Positions 28,635-36,871 of a stretch of DNA of 52,391 bases are shown here, in pieces. The position numbers and the translations under genes were made by a program. This stretch comes from Candidatus Methanoperedenaceae archaeon HGW-Methanoperedenaceae-1. Lineage in GTDB: Archaea > Halobacteriota > Methanosarcinia > Methanosarcinales > Methanoperedenaceae. Positions within the stretch are counted from its first letter, which is position 1. Every line of letters starts with the position of its first letter. The stretch is taken from the NCBI GenBank assembly GCA_002839545.1, contig PGYG01000002.1, positions 1 through 52,391 of the forward strand. The letters are read 5' to 3'. The notes beneath the pieces were generated by a model. It did not search any database, was not told the DNA's origin, and saw nothing but the letters and a program-made list of their open reading frames with translations.

Positions 28635-30017
28635 ATGAAAAAAACAATGTATCTGATTTTGTTCATCCTGGCAGTGATGCTTAGCATCACCCCGGTTTAT
28701 GCAATATCTTCAAGTTTAACAGGCACTTCCGTTATATCAATAAGCATATCAAACTATGAACCTGATCCTGCTATTGCAGGTGAGCTCGTAGAAGTGCGTT
28801 TGGGAGTTTCGAATATCGGCAGCGATACTGTTAGCAATCTTATGGTAGAAGTCATGCCTGAGTATCCTTTTGTGCTTGTGCCCGGCGAAACCGCTGCCCG
28901 GAGCATTGGAATACTTAAAGGTTATAAACCCGATTCTACTGAGAATATTAATATCATAAAGTACAGGATGCAGGTTGATAAGAATACTCCTGCCGGAAGC
29001 TACGAATTAAAAGTCAAGTATTATGAGAAAGGCGGTACTTCATCGACCCCAAAAAGCCTGTCCCTTGATGTCAAGAGCAAACAAAACGCTGAAGTAATCC
29101 ATATTGATAAGACTATTCTTGTCCCCGGGAAGCAGACCGGCATGAAATTCACAATAAATAATGTCGGAAACGCTCCCTTGCGAGACCTCACGTTCTATTG
29201 GGAAAATGAAGAAAATATAATTCTTCCTGTGGGAAGCGACAATACCAGGTACCTTAAGTACATTGATGTTGGGGATGGCGCTGACCTTGAGTACCAGGTT
29301 ATTTCAGATACCAATGCAATACCAGGACTATACAAGCTGAACTTATACCTGACTTATGAAGATCCTATATCAAAAACCGAGAAAAAAATATCCACTATAG
29401 CAGGAGTGTATGTTGGCGGTGGAACAGATTTTGATGTTGCTTTTTCTGAGAGTGCAAGTGGCGAGACCTCTTTCAGTGTTGCCAATATAGGAAGCAACCC
29501 GGCTAACTCAGTGTCAGTGATCATTCCTGAACAGAGGAACTGGAAAGTAAGCGGCTCAAATTCAGTCATCATCGGAAATCTTAACAAAGGAGACTACACA
29601 GTTGCAAGCTTCAAATTGCAGTCATCAACGAGCACAACGACTTCCCAGAATCGGACTGCTCCGGCAGGTGCCAACATCCAGGAAAGGTCTATGCAAAGAC
29701 CGATGAACAGTTCAATAAGTGGCTCATCTGATACAGTACTCATGCAAATCGCCTATACTGACACTATGGGAGAAAGGAACATCATTGAGAAAGCAGTCAA
29801 GGTTACTGGAGTTCAGGGCACGGCTGTTACCAACGGGATGACAACGATGCAGGGGCGCAGAGGTACCGTACAACAAGAAGGCGTCAGTTATATCTGGTAT
29901 TTTATCGGAATAGCGGCGCTTGTTGCAGGATTTGGAGCTTATGGGAAGTACAAGAAATGCAGACTGCTTGATCCTGATTTCAAAATCAGGGATTTTCTAA
30001 AAAGGAAGACGAAATGA
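28635..30017 (+). CDS. Surface protein with repeated Ig-like (COG1361/CARDB-like) domains, signal peptide and C-terminal TM anchor
   Basis: 460 aa. It has signal peptide MKKTMYLILFILAVMLSITPVYA, repeated V..N.G...... beta-rich modules, an S/T-rich linker, and a C-terminal hydrophobic anchor plus KYKK. It sits between the ABC ATPase and permease genes. Confidence 0.55.
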   Translation: MKKTMYLILFILAVMLSITPVYAISSSLTGTSVISISISNYEPDPAIAGELVEVRLGVSNIGSDTVSNLMVEVMPEYPFVLVPGETAARSIGILKGYKPDSTENINIIKYRMQVDKNTPAGSYELKVKYYEKGGTSSTPKSLSLDVKSKQNAEVIHIDKTILVPGKQTGMKFTINNVGNAPLRDLTFYWENEENIILPVGSDNTRYLKYIDVGDGADLEYQVISDTNAIPGLYKLNLYLTYEDPISKTEKKISTIAGVYVGGGTDFDVAFSESASGETSFSVANIGSNPANSVSVIIPEQRNWKVSGSNSVIIGNLNKGDYTVASFKLQSSTSTTTSQNRTAPAGANIQERSMQRPMNSSISGSSDTVLMQIAYTDTMGERNIIEKAVKVTGVQGTAVTNGMTTMQGRRGTVQQEGVSYIWYFIGIAALVAGFGAYGKYKKCRLLDPDFKIRDFLKRKTK

Positions 30018-30031
30018 TACTGTGAGATAAA

Positions 30032-31270
30032 ATGAAGATTAACAAATGTTTCAAGCATGCTTTTAACATGGTACTTCACAGCAAGCTGCGAAGCTGGCTG
30101 ACTATACTGGGTATCGTTATAGGCGTTGCTGCTGTGATCGCTATCGTATCTATGGGCGAAGGGATGCAGCAAACAATGAACGCCCAGTTGAGCGGTCTTG
30201 GCGGGGATATTGTAACCATCTCTCCAGGCTTTTCCAGGGGCGGTGGCATGTTTCTCATGAGAGGCGGTGCAGGAGGTACTTCGGGAGGAGCCCAAGCCAC
30301 TGACAAAGAAATAGTACTTGGCAGGAGCGATCTCCAGGCATTGAAAGGCATACCTGAAATTGCATTAATTGATACAAATATCAGGGGAAACGTGGATGTG
30401 TCCTATCTTGGCAAAAAAGGCAAGGTATCAGTAACAGGCGTTGACCAGAAAGTATGGTCACAAATTACCACACTCACTATAAAAACAGGCAGGATGCTTG
30501 ATTCTGCTGACCAGAATGTTATAGTGATAGGCGGACGGCTTGCCTCCTCTTATTTTGACAAACCAGTCGGGATAAATAAAATGATCACGATAGAAGGCAG
30601 CGCTTTCAGGGTAGTTGGAATTCTTGATGACCAGAGCACAAATATCTATATGCCGATACAAATGGCGTATCAGGTAATTGATGATAAGACAAATGATGTC
30701 TATGACTCTTTAGTTGTTAAGATAAAGAACGAAGACCAGCTTGATGAAGTTATTGTAAAAATCGACAGCAAGCTCATGATAGCAAGGCATGTCACCCTAA
30801 AAAACAAGGATTTTTCGATTTCTTCAAGAAAGGAAATGCAGCAGACAAGAGCAGATACGATGAGTGCCATAAATACATTTCTTCTGGCAATTGCTGCTGT
30901 TTCTTTGATCGTGGGTTCTGTCGGGATAGCAAATACCATGTTCACTTCTGTGCTTGAAAAGACAAAAGAGATAGGGATAATGAAAGCGATTGGCGCGCGC
31001 AATAACGACATTTTGCTGATATTCCTGTTCAATGCAGCATTTATCGGACTTGTGGGGGGGATAATAGGCATAATCCTTGGAACAATCCTATCTGGATTAT
31101 TGCCATCTCTTGTAGGGAATCTTCCTATTATGAGGGGCACGACAATCGTGTCAATGAATTCAATAATTATGGCATTATCAGTCTCGGTTTCCGTCGGAAT
31201 ACTTGCAGGAATTATACCTGCGTACCAGGCATCGAAATTGAAGCCGGTTGATGCTTTGAGATACGAATAA
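30032..31270 (+). CDS. ABC transporter permease, FtsX/MacB family
   Basis: 412 aa with an N-terminal TM, a large extracytoplasmic domain, and C-terminal FtsX-type helices (KEIGIMKAIGARN). Confidence 0.9.
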   Translation: MKINKCFKHAFNMVLHSKLRSWLTILGIVIGVAAVIAIVSMGEGMQQTMNAQLSGLGGDIVTISPGFSRGGGMFLMRGGAGGTSGGAQATDKEIVLGRSDLQALKGIPEIALIDTNIRGNVDVSYLGKKGKVSVTGVDQKVWSQITTLTIKTGRMLDSADQNVIVIGGRLASSYFDKPVGINKMITIEGSAFRVVGILDDQSTNIYMPIQMAYQVIDDKTNDVYDSLVVKIKNEDQLDEVIVKIDSKLMIARHVTLKNKDFSISSRKEMQQTRADTMSAINTFLLAIAAVSLIVGSVGIANTMFTSVLEKTKEIGIMKAIGARNNDILLIFLFNAAFIGLVGGIIGIILGTILSGLLPSLVGNLPIMRGTTIVSMNSIIMALSVSVSVGILAGIIPAYQASKLKPVDALRYE

Positions 31271-31309
31271 TAGCCGGCTGTGAACCAAAAAAAAGGACTG
31301 GTTACAGTT

Positions 31310-31717
31310 CTACTTCGCAGCCTCACTGATGTTTCCCTCATATTTTGAGGGACATTTTGTCAACAGCTTGAAAGCCTCGAAACTGTTATTATTGAACTTA
31401 CCCGTTGCAATCACCTGTATTTCTTCATAATCAGGAGGAATATCAGGCTTATCACCAGTATAGATAACGTCTATGGTTTCCTTACCGTCTGTCATCTTAA
31501 AAGTCAGTACCCGGTTGATCCCGTCCCATTTATCCGTACCTATTACCATCGAGCCGTTAACGATTATAACCTTGCCAGCGAGTTCATCCTGCGAGGCAAC
31601 TGCATCGCTCACATCATACTGGTTAGAGGTAACCCCGCTCAAACCCATATAAACAAGCAGGACAAGTATGATTGAACTACCAATAATAAATCGCTCTTTT
31701 TTATTCATTTGTACCAT
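31310..31717 (-). CDS. ccmE: Cytochrome c maturation haem chaperone CcmE, Cys (CxxxY) variant
   Basis: 135 aa with an N-terminal anchor and an OB-fold body (VIIVNGSMV...FKMTDG...IDVIYTG). The C-terminal KCPSKYEG replaces the canonical HxxxY. Confidence 0.78.
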   Translation of the reverse strand: MVQMNKKERFIIGSSIILVLLVYMGLSGVTSNQYDVSDAVASQDELAGKVIIVNGSMVIGTDKWDGINRVLTFKMTDGKETIDVIYTGDKPDIPPDYEEIQVIATGKFNNNSFEAFKLLTKCPSKYEGNISEAAK

Positions 31718-31800
31718 TACGAACTAATTAAATTGATGACTATTAAATGTTTCTTTTCGATTCCATACTATTATAAACTTTACATGGATAAAGAATCGTC

Positions 31801-32547
31801 ATGGAGCTTTTCCTGATTATACTTATCGCATTCACTGTTGCCGTCCTGTTTTCAATGCTTGGTCTTGGCGGGGCAATAATATACACGCCCCTGTTTATCT
31901 TGCTGGGACTGCACCCGCTTACCGCTATCCCGATGGCGCTTCTCCTCAATACAATAACAACAGCCTCAGCCTCCATCACTTACTTGCGGCATAAAATGGT
32001 GGATATGAAAATTGCTTACCCAATAATCTCAACATCCATTCCGGGCGCGTATCTCGGCTCGTACCTTTCTGGCAAAGTTGATACTCACATCCTGATACTG
32101 CTGTTGTCTGTGATACTTTTTCTTACATGCATGAGGCTCTTATTTTTCAGCAATGCGGGTTTTCCTGCAATATCAGGGAAGAAAAAGCTCTTAACCGGGG
32201 CAGGTGCCGGATTCATTATTGGCGCGGTCTCAGCACTTGTGGGTATCGGCGGCGGGAGTTTTATTGTTCCGCTTCTTCTCGTTCTCGGTCTTGAGACAAA
32301 AAACGCGACTGCAACCTCGGCGTTTATTATCACTTTCATGGCTCTTGCAGGATTCATAGGACATATCGGTTTCAGGTATGAACAGCTTGACATGGAATTG
32401 CTGTTATATGCAGGTGCTGCGGCTTTTATCGGTGCGCAGACCGGTTCAAGGGTGATGTTCAGGCGCGTTTCTTCTGAAACGATTAACAGGATATTTGCAA
32501 TAGTGCTTTTGCTGGTTGCTGTAAAGTTAATATCAGGAGCGCTGTGA
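31801..32547 (+). CDS. TauE/SafE-family anion (sulfite-type) exporter
   Basis: 248 aa with a two-fold repeated 4-TM pattern and GLGGA / GIGGGSF motifs. Confidence 0.85.
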   Translation: MELFLIILIAFTVAVLFSMLGLGGAIIYTPLFILLGLHPLTAIPMALLLNTITTASASITYLRHKMVDMKIAYPIISTSIPGAYLGSYLSGKVDTHILILLLSVILFLTCMRLLFFSNAGFPAISGKKKLLTGAGAGFIIGAVSALVGIGGGSFIVPLLLVLGLETKNATATSAFIITFMALAGFIGHIGFRYEQLDMELLLYAGAAAFIGAQTGSRVMFRRVSSETINRIFAIVLLLVAVKLISGAL

Positions 32548-32610
32548 GTTTAACAAAAGCATTCTGGATAAAGTAGAAGTACAGCCTTTTACTAATTATT
32601 AAACGGGAGT

Positions 32611-33039
32611 ATGCCAAAACTTGTTATCATATACGGCACAGGTATGAACAATACCTAGCTTGTAGCCAGGGCAATACAAGAAGGCGCAAATAAAGAAGGG
32701 GTTGAGACCCTGCTGAAAAACGTAAAAGATGCCAGCACAGATGATGTTTTGGATGCTGATGCTGTGGCGATAGGTTCCCCGAATTACAAAGATGCCATGA
32801 TGCCCACAGTAAAAAAATTCCTGGAAAGCCTTGCTGGTATTGACCTGCGCGGCAGGGCGGGACTTGCTTTCGGGTCATACGGATGGGGTCTTGAAGCCAT
32901 TGAGGATATTCACGATATACTGTCTTCGTATGGTATGGAGATGGTGCAGGATTTTGGTGTAAAGGGGAAACCGGAAGATGAGGAACTTGTTGAATGCAGG
33001 AAAGCGGGTTCTGCGCTTGCCCGCAAGATTAAGGAATAA
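32611..33039 (+). pseudogene. Short-chain flavodoxin interrupted by one in-frame TAG (codon 16)
   Basis: ATG 32611 gives MPKLVIIYGTGMNNT-TAG-LVARAIQEGANKEG...DADAVAIGSPNY..., in frame with track ORF 32749-33039. The TAG at 32656-32658 falls right after the FMN phosphate-loop motif, where flavodoxins usually have Glu (GAG). Confidence 0.6.
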
Positions 33040-33122
33040 CCGAATAACCCCGCTATGTTATCCATTTTTTACCAGATAAGGATAATACAACAGAAAGCAA
33101 CGTAGGTAAAACCCGGGAAAAT

Positions 33123-34298
33123 ATGAGCAAAACAGATGTCATCATTATCGGAGCAGGCGCATCAGGCATGATGTGCGCAATCGAATCCGCAAAAAGAGGG
33201 CGCGCGGTAATTGTTCTTGACCATGCTTCAAAAACCGGGAAAAAAATACGCATTTCAGGCGGTGGAAGCTGTAATTTTACAAATACCAGTATCAGCCATG
33301 AGAATTATTTATCAGGCAATCCCCACTTTTGCAAATCCGCGCTTTCCCGTTTTACACCTGATGATTTCATTACCATGCTTCAAAAACATGGCGTTGAATA
33401 TGAGGAAAGGGAAGAGGGGCAGTTATTCTGCGCAGGGAATTCGGAAGGAATAACCAGGATGTTCCAGAAGGAATGTGATGATTCTGGCGTGGATATAATT
33501 TTAGATTGCCAGGTACAGGACGTGAAAAAAACCGGCTTTTTTATTGTATCCACTAATCAGGGAGTTTTTGAGTCAGGGTCGCTTGTTATTGCAACCGGAG
33601 GATTGTCTTATCCGCAAATCGGGGCTTCAGACTTTGGGTACAATATTGCAAAACAGTTCGGACTGGGAGTTACGGAGCTTAAACCTGCACTTGTTCCTTT
33701 AATTTTTTCAAAGAAAGACAGGGAAATTTTCGGGGAATTAAGCGGTGTTTCAATTGATGCTACTGTCAAATGCAGCAACATGGAATTTCGGGGAAGTATT
33801 CTTTTCACCCACAGGGGACTTAGCGGTCCTGCAATTCTCCAGGTTTCCTCGTACTGGAAGAAAGGGGATAATATTGTTATTGACCTGTTGCCTGACGTTG
33901 ATTTATACAATATTTTTATTGAAAGAAAGCTTGGAAAAACCAGGATTGATATGCATAACCTGCTTTCTGAGTATCTGCCGTCGCGCCTTGCGAAGAACTG
34001 GAGCATTTCAAATATCCAGTCAAAACCAGTTATTCAGTATAATGAAAAGGAACTAAAGGATATTGCATATATGCTTCATAACTGGGAACTTCAACCTGAA
34101 TTTACTGAAGGGTATAAAATAGCCGAGGTCACACTTGGGGGGATTGATACAAATGAACTATCATCCAAAACAATGGAATCAAGGAAGGTGAAAGGTCTTT
34201 ATTTTACAGGTGAGGTTATAGATGTGACAGGATGGCTTGGCGGATATAATTTGCACTGGGCATGGGCTTCAGGTTTTGTTGCAGGGCAGTATGTGTGA
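33123..34298 (+). CDS. BaiN/YhiN (HI0933-like) NAD(P)/FAD-dependent flavoprotein
   Basis: 391 aa with VIIIGAGASGMMCA, the ISGGGSCNFTN motif, and C-terminal GEVIDVTGWLGGYNL. Confidence 0.85.
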   Translation: MSKTDVIIIGAGASGMMCAIESAKRGRAVIVLDHASKTGKKIRISGGGSCNFTNTSISHENYLSGNPHFCKSALSRFTPDDFITMLQKHGVEYEEREEGQLFCAGNSEGITRMFQKECDDSGVDIILDCQVQDVKKTGFFIVSTNQGVFESGSLVIATGGLSYPQIGASDFGYNIAKQFGLGVTELKPALVPLIFSKKDREIFGELSGVSIDATVKCSNMEFRGSILFTHRGLSGPAILQVSSYWKKGDNIVIDLLPDVDLYNIFIERKLGKTRIDMHNLLSEYLPSRLAKNWSISNIQSKPVIQYNEKELKDIAYMLHNWELQPEFTEGYKIAEVTLGGIDTNELSSKTMESRKVKGLYFTGEVIDVTGWLGGYNLHWAWASGFVAGQYV

Positions 34299-34336
34299 GA
34301 TTATTTAAAAACGGAATACAATAAACGAGTGAAAAT

Positions 34337-34492
34337 ATGGCTAATGTAAGAGACGAGTTTAAAATCAATGCTTTGAGGGATGTAGGAATGTACGAATGTG
34401 TATGCCTGGAGTGCGGGAATAAGTTCAAAGGGCTGCCCGTGGATAATATTGAGTGTCCGGCGTGTCGTTCCAGGAACATTTCGAGGAAATAG
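34337..34492 (+). CDS. Small zinc-ribbon protein (51 aa), below the ORF-track size cut-off
   Basis: MANVRDEFKINALRDVGMYECVCLECGNKFKGLPVDNIECPACRSRNISRK. The CxxC...CxxC ribbon is loosely reminiscent of RpoP-type ribbons, but no confident family call is possible. Confidence 0.35.
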   Translation: MANVRDEFKINALRDVGMYECVCLECGNKFKGLPVDNIECPACRSRNISRK

Positions 34493-34618
34493 ACCCGGCA
34501 TTTTCCTGAAGCCTGACCAAAATTCCTGAAGTCCCAAAAAAACAATTCAACACTCAACCATGGACAATTGCATTAGTAAACTATTTCACTTTTAGACACA
34601 TAATAATAGAGTTCCATT

Positions 34619-35890
34619 ATGACTGAAGATAAACTCCTGATAACAGAACTTGTACTGACCGCATACCTGTATAACGAATCTGGTAAGCTTGATGTGGATG
34701 ACCTGCCGCCGAAAATACGAAAGCATTACTGGGACGAGAAAGAAAACACAGTAAAGCGTCCCATATATGTTACAGAAGGCGACATAAAGACGATTTACGG
34801 TCTTGAAGAGGTAAAGCATACCACAAAAAAACTCCCGTTCCTTGAGTTTGATGATTTCGGGTCGCAGATTAACCTGACCGCTTTTGACCTTGGCGTGAAG
34901 TGGTTCGCAAAGCAGGAGGATGCTGTTAAAGAGATAAACAGTAACCCTGTCCTTGCGTCCTATTTTGAAAAGAATGGTTCCCTTCCGGTAAGCTATGACA
35001 GGGCAAAAGCTTCCAACATGCCAAAAGAAGGAGGGCGGGAATGGATAAATTCGCTTATAAAAAGTATCGAATCTGAGAAAGATGCCGGAGACATGCTAAA
35101 ACTTGTCAATATAGTTTCACCTGAAGATATTAAGCAGGATTTACAGGATATTGTGCTGACACAGGAACAAAAAAATGAGATACAAAAAATGGAAAAGGCA
35201 ATCCAGTACAGGGATTACCTCAAACGTATCGGTCTTCGTGAAATAGGCAAACTCCTGTTCGTTGGTCCGCCGGGAACAGGGAAAACTTCAACGGCGCGCG
35301 CACTTTCGGGAAAACTTAACATCCCCATAGTCGAGGTAAAACTCTCGCAGGTATCAGACCAGTACCTTGGTGAAACTGCAAAGAACATAGACCGTGTATT
35401 CGAACTTGCAAAACGCCTGAGCCCGTGCATACTTTTCATTGATGAGTTCGATTTCATAGCAAAAGCCCGCGCCACAGACGAACATGCAGCATTAAAAAGG
35501 GCTGTCAATACACTGTTAAAAGCCATTGATGAGATAAGCCTTGTCGAGGATGGTGTTCTTCTTATCGGAGCCACGAACCATCCTTCGATACTCGACCATG
35601 CCGCATGGAGACGGTTTGATGAGATTGTGGATTTCGCCCTGCCTGATAAGGGCATGAGGAAACAAATTCTTGATATCGTACTCAGGGAGATTGAAGGAAA
35701 TTTTGATACTGAAGAAATCGCAGCTAAAACGGATGAGTATTCGGGTTCTGACCTGCGGCTGATTGTCAGGGAAGCAGTTCTCAGCGGTCTTTTAACCGAG
35801 AGAACCGCCCTTACCCAGCAAGACCTTCTCAGTGCGGTAAATGAGTTTAACAAAAGGATTCCGCTTCGGTCACTGGATGAAACGGGTTGA
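34619..35890 (+). CDS. AAA+ ATPase (single classic AAA module) with an unknown roughly 200-aa N-terminal domain
   Basis: Walker A GPPGTGKT, Walker B ILFIDEFD, second region of homology GATNHPSILDHAAWRRFD. Confidence 0.85.
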   Translation: MTEDKLLITELVLTAYLYNESGKLDVDDLPPKIRKHYWDEKENTVKRPIYVTEGDIKTIYGLEEVKHTTKKLPFLEFDDFGSQINLTAFDLGVKWFAKQEDAVKEINSNPVLASYFEKNGSLPVSYDRAKASNMPKEGGREWINSLIKSIESEKDAGDMLKLVNIVSPEDIKQDLQDIVLTQEQKNEIQKMEKAIQYRDYLKRIGLREIGKLLFVGPPGTGKTSTARALSGKLNIPIVEVKLSQVSDQYLGETAKNIDRVFELAKRLSPCILFIDEFDFIAKARATDEHAALKRAVNTLLKAIDEISLVEDGVLLIGATNHPSILDHAAWRRFDEIVDFALPDKGMRKQILDIVLREIEGNFDTEEIAAKTDEYSGSDLRLIVREAVLSGLLTERTALTQQDLLSAVNEFNKRIPLRSLDETG

Positions 35891-35908
35891 GAAAAACCAT
35901 CTCCGTAA

Positions 35909-35937
35909 CAGGGATGCAGGTGTTTTTCCCATCCCTG
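35909..35937 (+). terminator. Hairpin followed by a T-run downstream of the AAA ATPase gene
   Basis: cagggatg-13 nt loop-catccctg, followed by cccatttttta. Function is speculative. Confidence 0.25.
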
Positions 35938-35974
35938 CCCATTTTTTATAGTTAGCAGTATATTATAGAAACTA

Positions 35975-36871
35975 ATGCCTGAAAGTATTCCTGATTTATT
36001 TCTGAACCTAAAAAACAGGGAGATGCGGGTTCTTGTTGCCATTGAAAATAAAATGAGTTCCTACCAGTGGGTTCCGGTGGAAGAAATTGCCGGGTTCACA
36101 AAATACAATCTGGGAGAGGTTAATTTTATCCTTTCAAACCTTGCACATAAAAAGCTCATCCAGAGAACTGTTCATCCGTATGAGGGTTACAAAATATACT
36201 ACGAAGCTTATGACATGCTTGCAATTAATGCTTTTGTAAAACGCGGCACCATCAATGCCATCGGGGATGTAATCGGTGTCGGGAAGGAATCTGTGGTGTA
36301 TGATGCAACCGGAGGAATCACAGACAGGCGCGTTGTCATAAAGTTCCACAGGGAAGGCAAGACCAGTTTCAAGCATGTGAAAAGGAACAGGGAACATATC
36401 GGGGATAGAAAACACATGTCATGGATTTATGCTTCCAGACTGGCTGCTGAAAAGGAATCCCGTGCCCTGAAAATCCTCTACCCTGAGGTAAGCGTTCCTG
36501 AACCTATTGATAATAACAGGCATGCAATTGTAATGTCTGTTGCTAAGGGTAAGGAACTTATCCATGCAGTACTTGACGAACCTGGATGGTTCCTTGATGA
36601 AATCCTCAATAATGTGAAAAAGGCATACAATCTCGGTATTATCCACGGTGACCTGAGCGAGTTTAATATATTCGTAAACCCTGACGGCTGCGAGCTCATA
36701 GACTGGCCGCAGTATGTTCCCCCGTCAAACCCGAACGCATACGAATTGCTTTTCAGGGATGTTGATAATGTTTTAACGTATTTTAAAAGGAAATACAGGA
36801 TTGTAAGGGATACAGGGGAAGTAACACGTAGTATAATCGATTCATGGCAGGAAGAACAATCTTCGGGATAG
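35975..36871 (+). CDS. rio2: RIO-type serine kinase Rio2 (N-terminal wHTH plus RIO domain)
   Basis: 298 aa with an N-terminal winged helix, IGVGKESVVYDA, VIKFHR, and IIHGDLSEFNI. Confidence 0.85.
   Translation: MPESIPDLFLNLKNREMRVLVAIENKMSSYQWVPVEEIAGFTKYNLGEVNFILSNLAHKKLIQRTVHPYEGYKIYYEAYDMLAINAFVKRGTINAIGDVIGVGKESVVYDATGGITDRRVVIKFHREGKTSFKHVKRNREHIGDRKHMSWIYASRLAAEKESRALKILYPEVSVPEPIDNNRHAIVMSVAKGKELIHAVLDEPGWFLDEILNNVKKAYNLGIIHGDLSEFNIFVNPDGCELIDWPQYVPPSNPNAYELLFRDVDNVLTYFKRKYRIVRDTGEVTRSIIDSWQEEQSSG

Noticed and set aside
30700-31341. A 213-aa minus-strand ORF.
   Set aside because: It is antisense to the FtsX/MacB permease, whose family motifs are clear on the + strand.
32656-32658. 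The idea that TAG is generally recoded (pyrrolysine) in this genome.
   Set aside because: Several conserved genes in the window terminate at TAG at the expected protein ends (yjbQ 268-270, mat 267-269 on the minus strand, fpoJ first half 20061-20063, fpoL 22572-22574). TAG therefore clearly functions as a stop here. Only local read-through remains possible.
35215-36042. A 275-aa minus-strand ORF spanning the end of the AAA ATPase gene and the start of rio2.
   Set aside because: It is antisense to two genes with clear Walker and RIO motifs. Its translation is Ser/Arg-rich and featureless.
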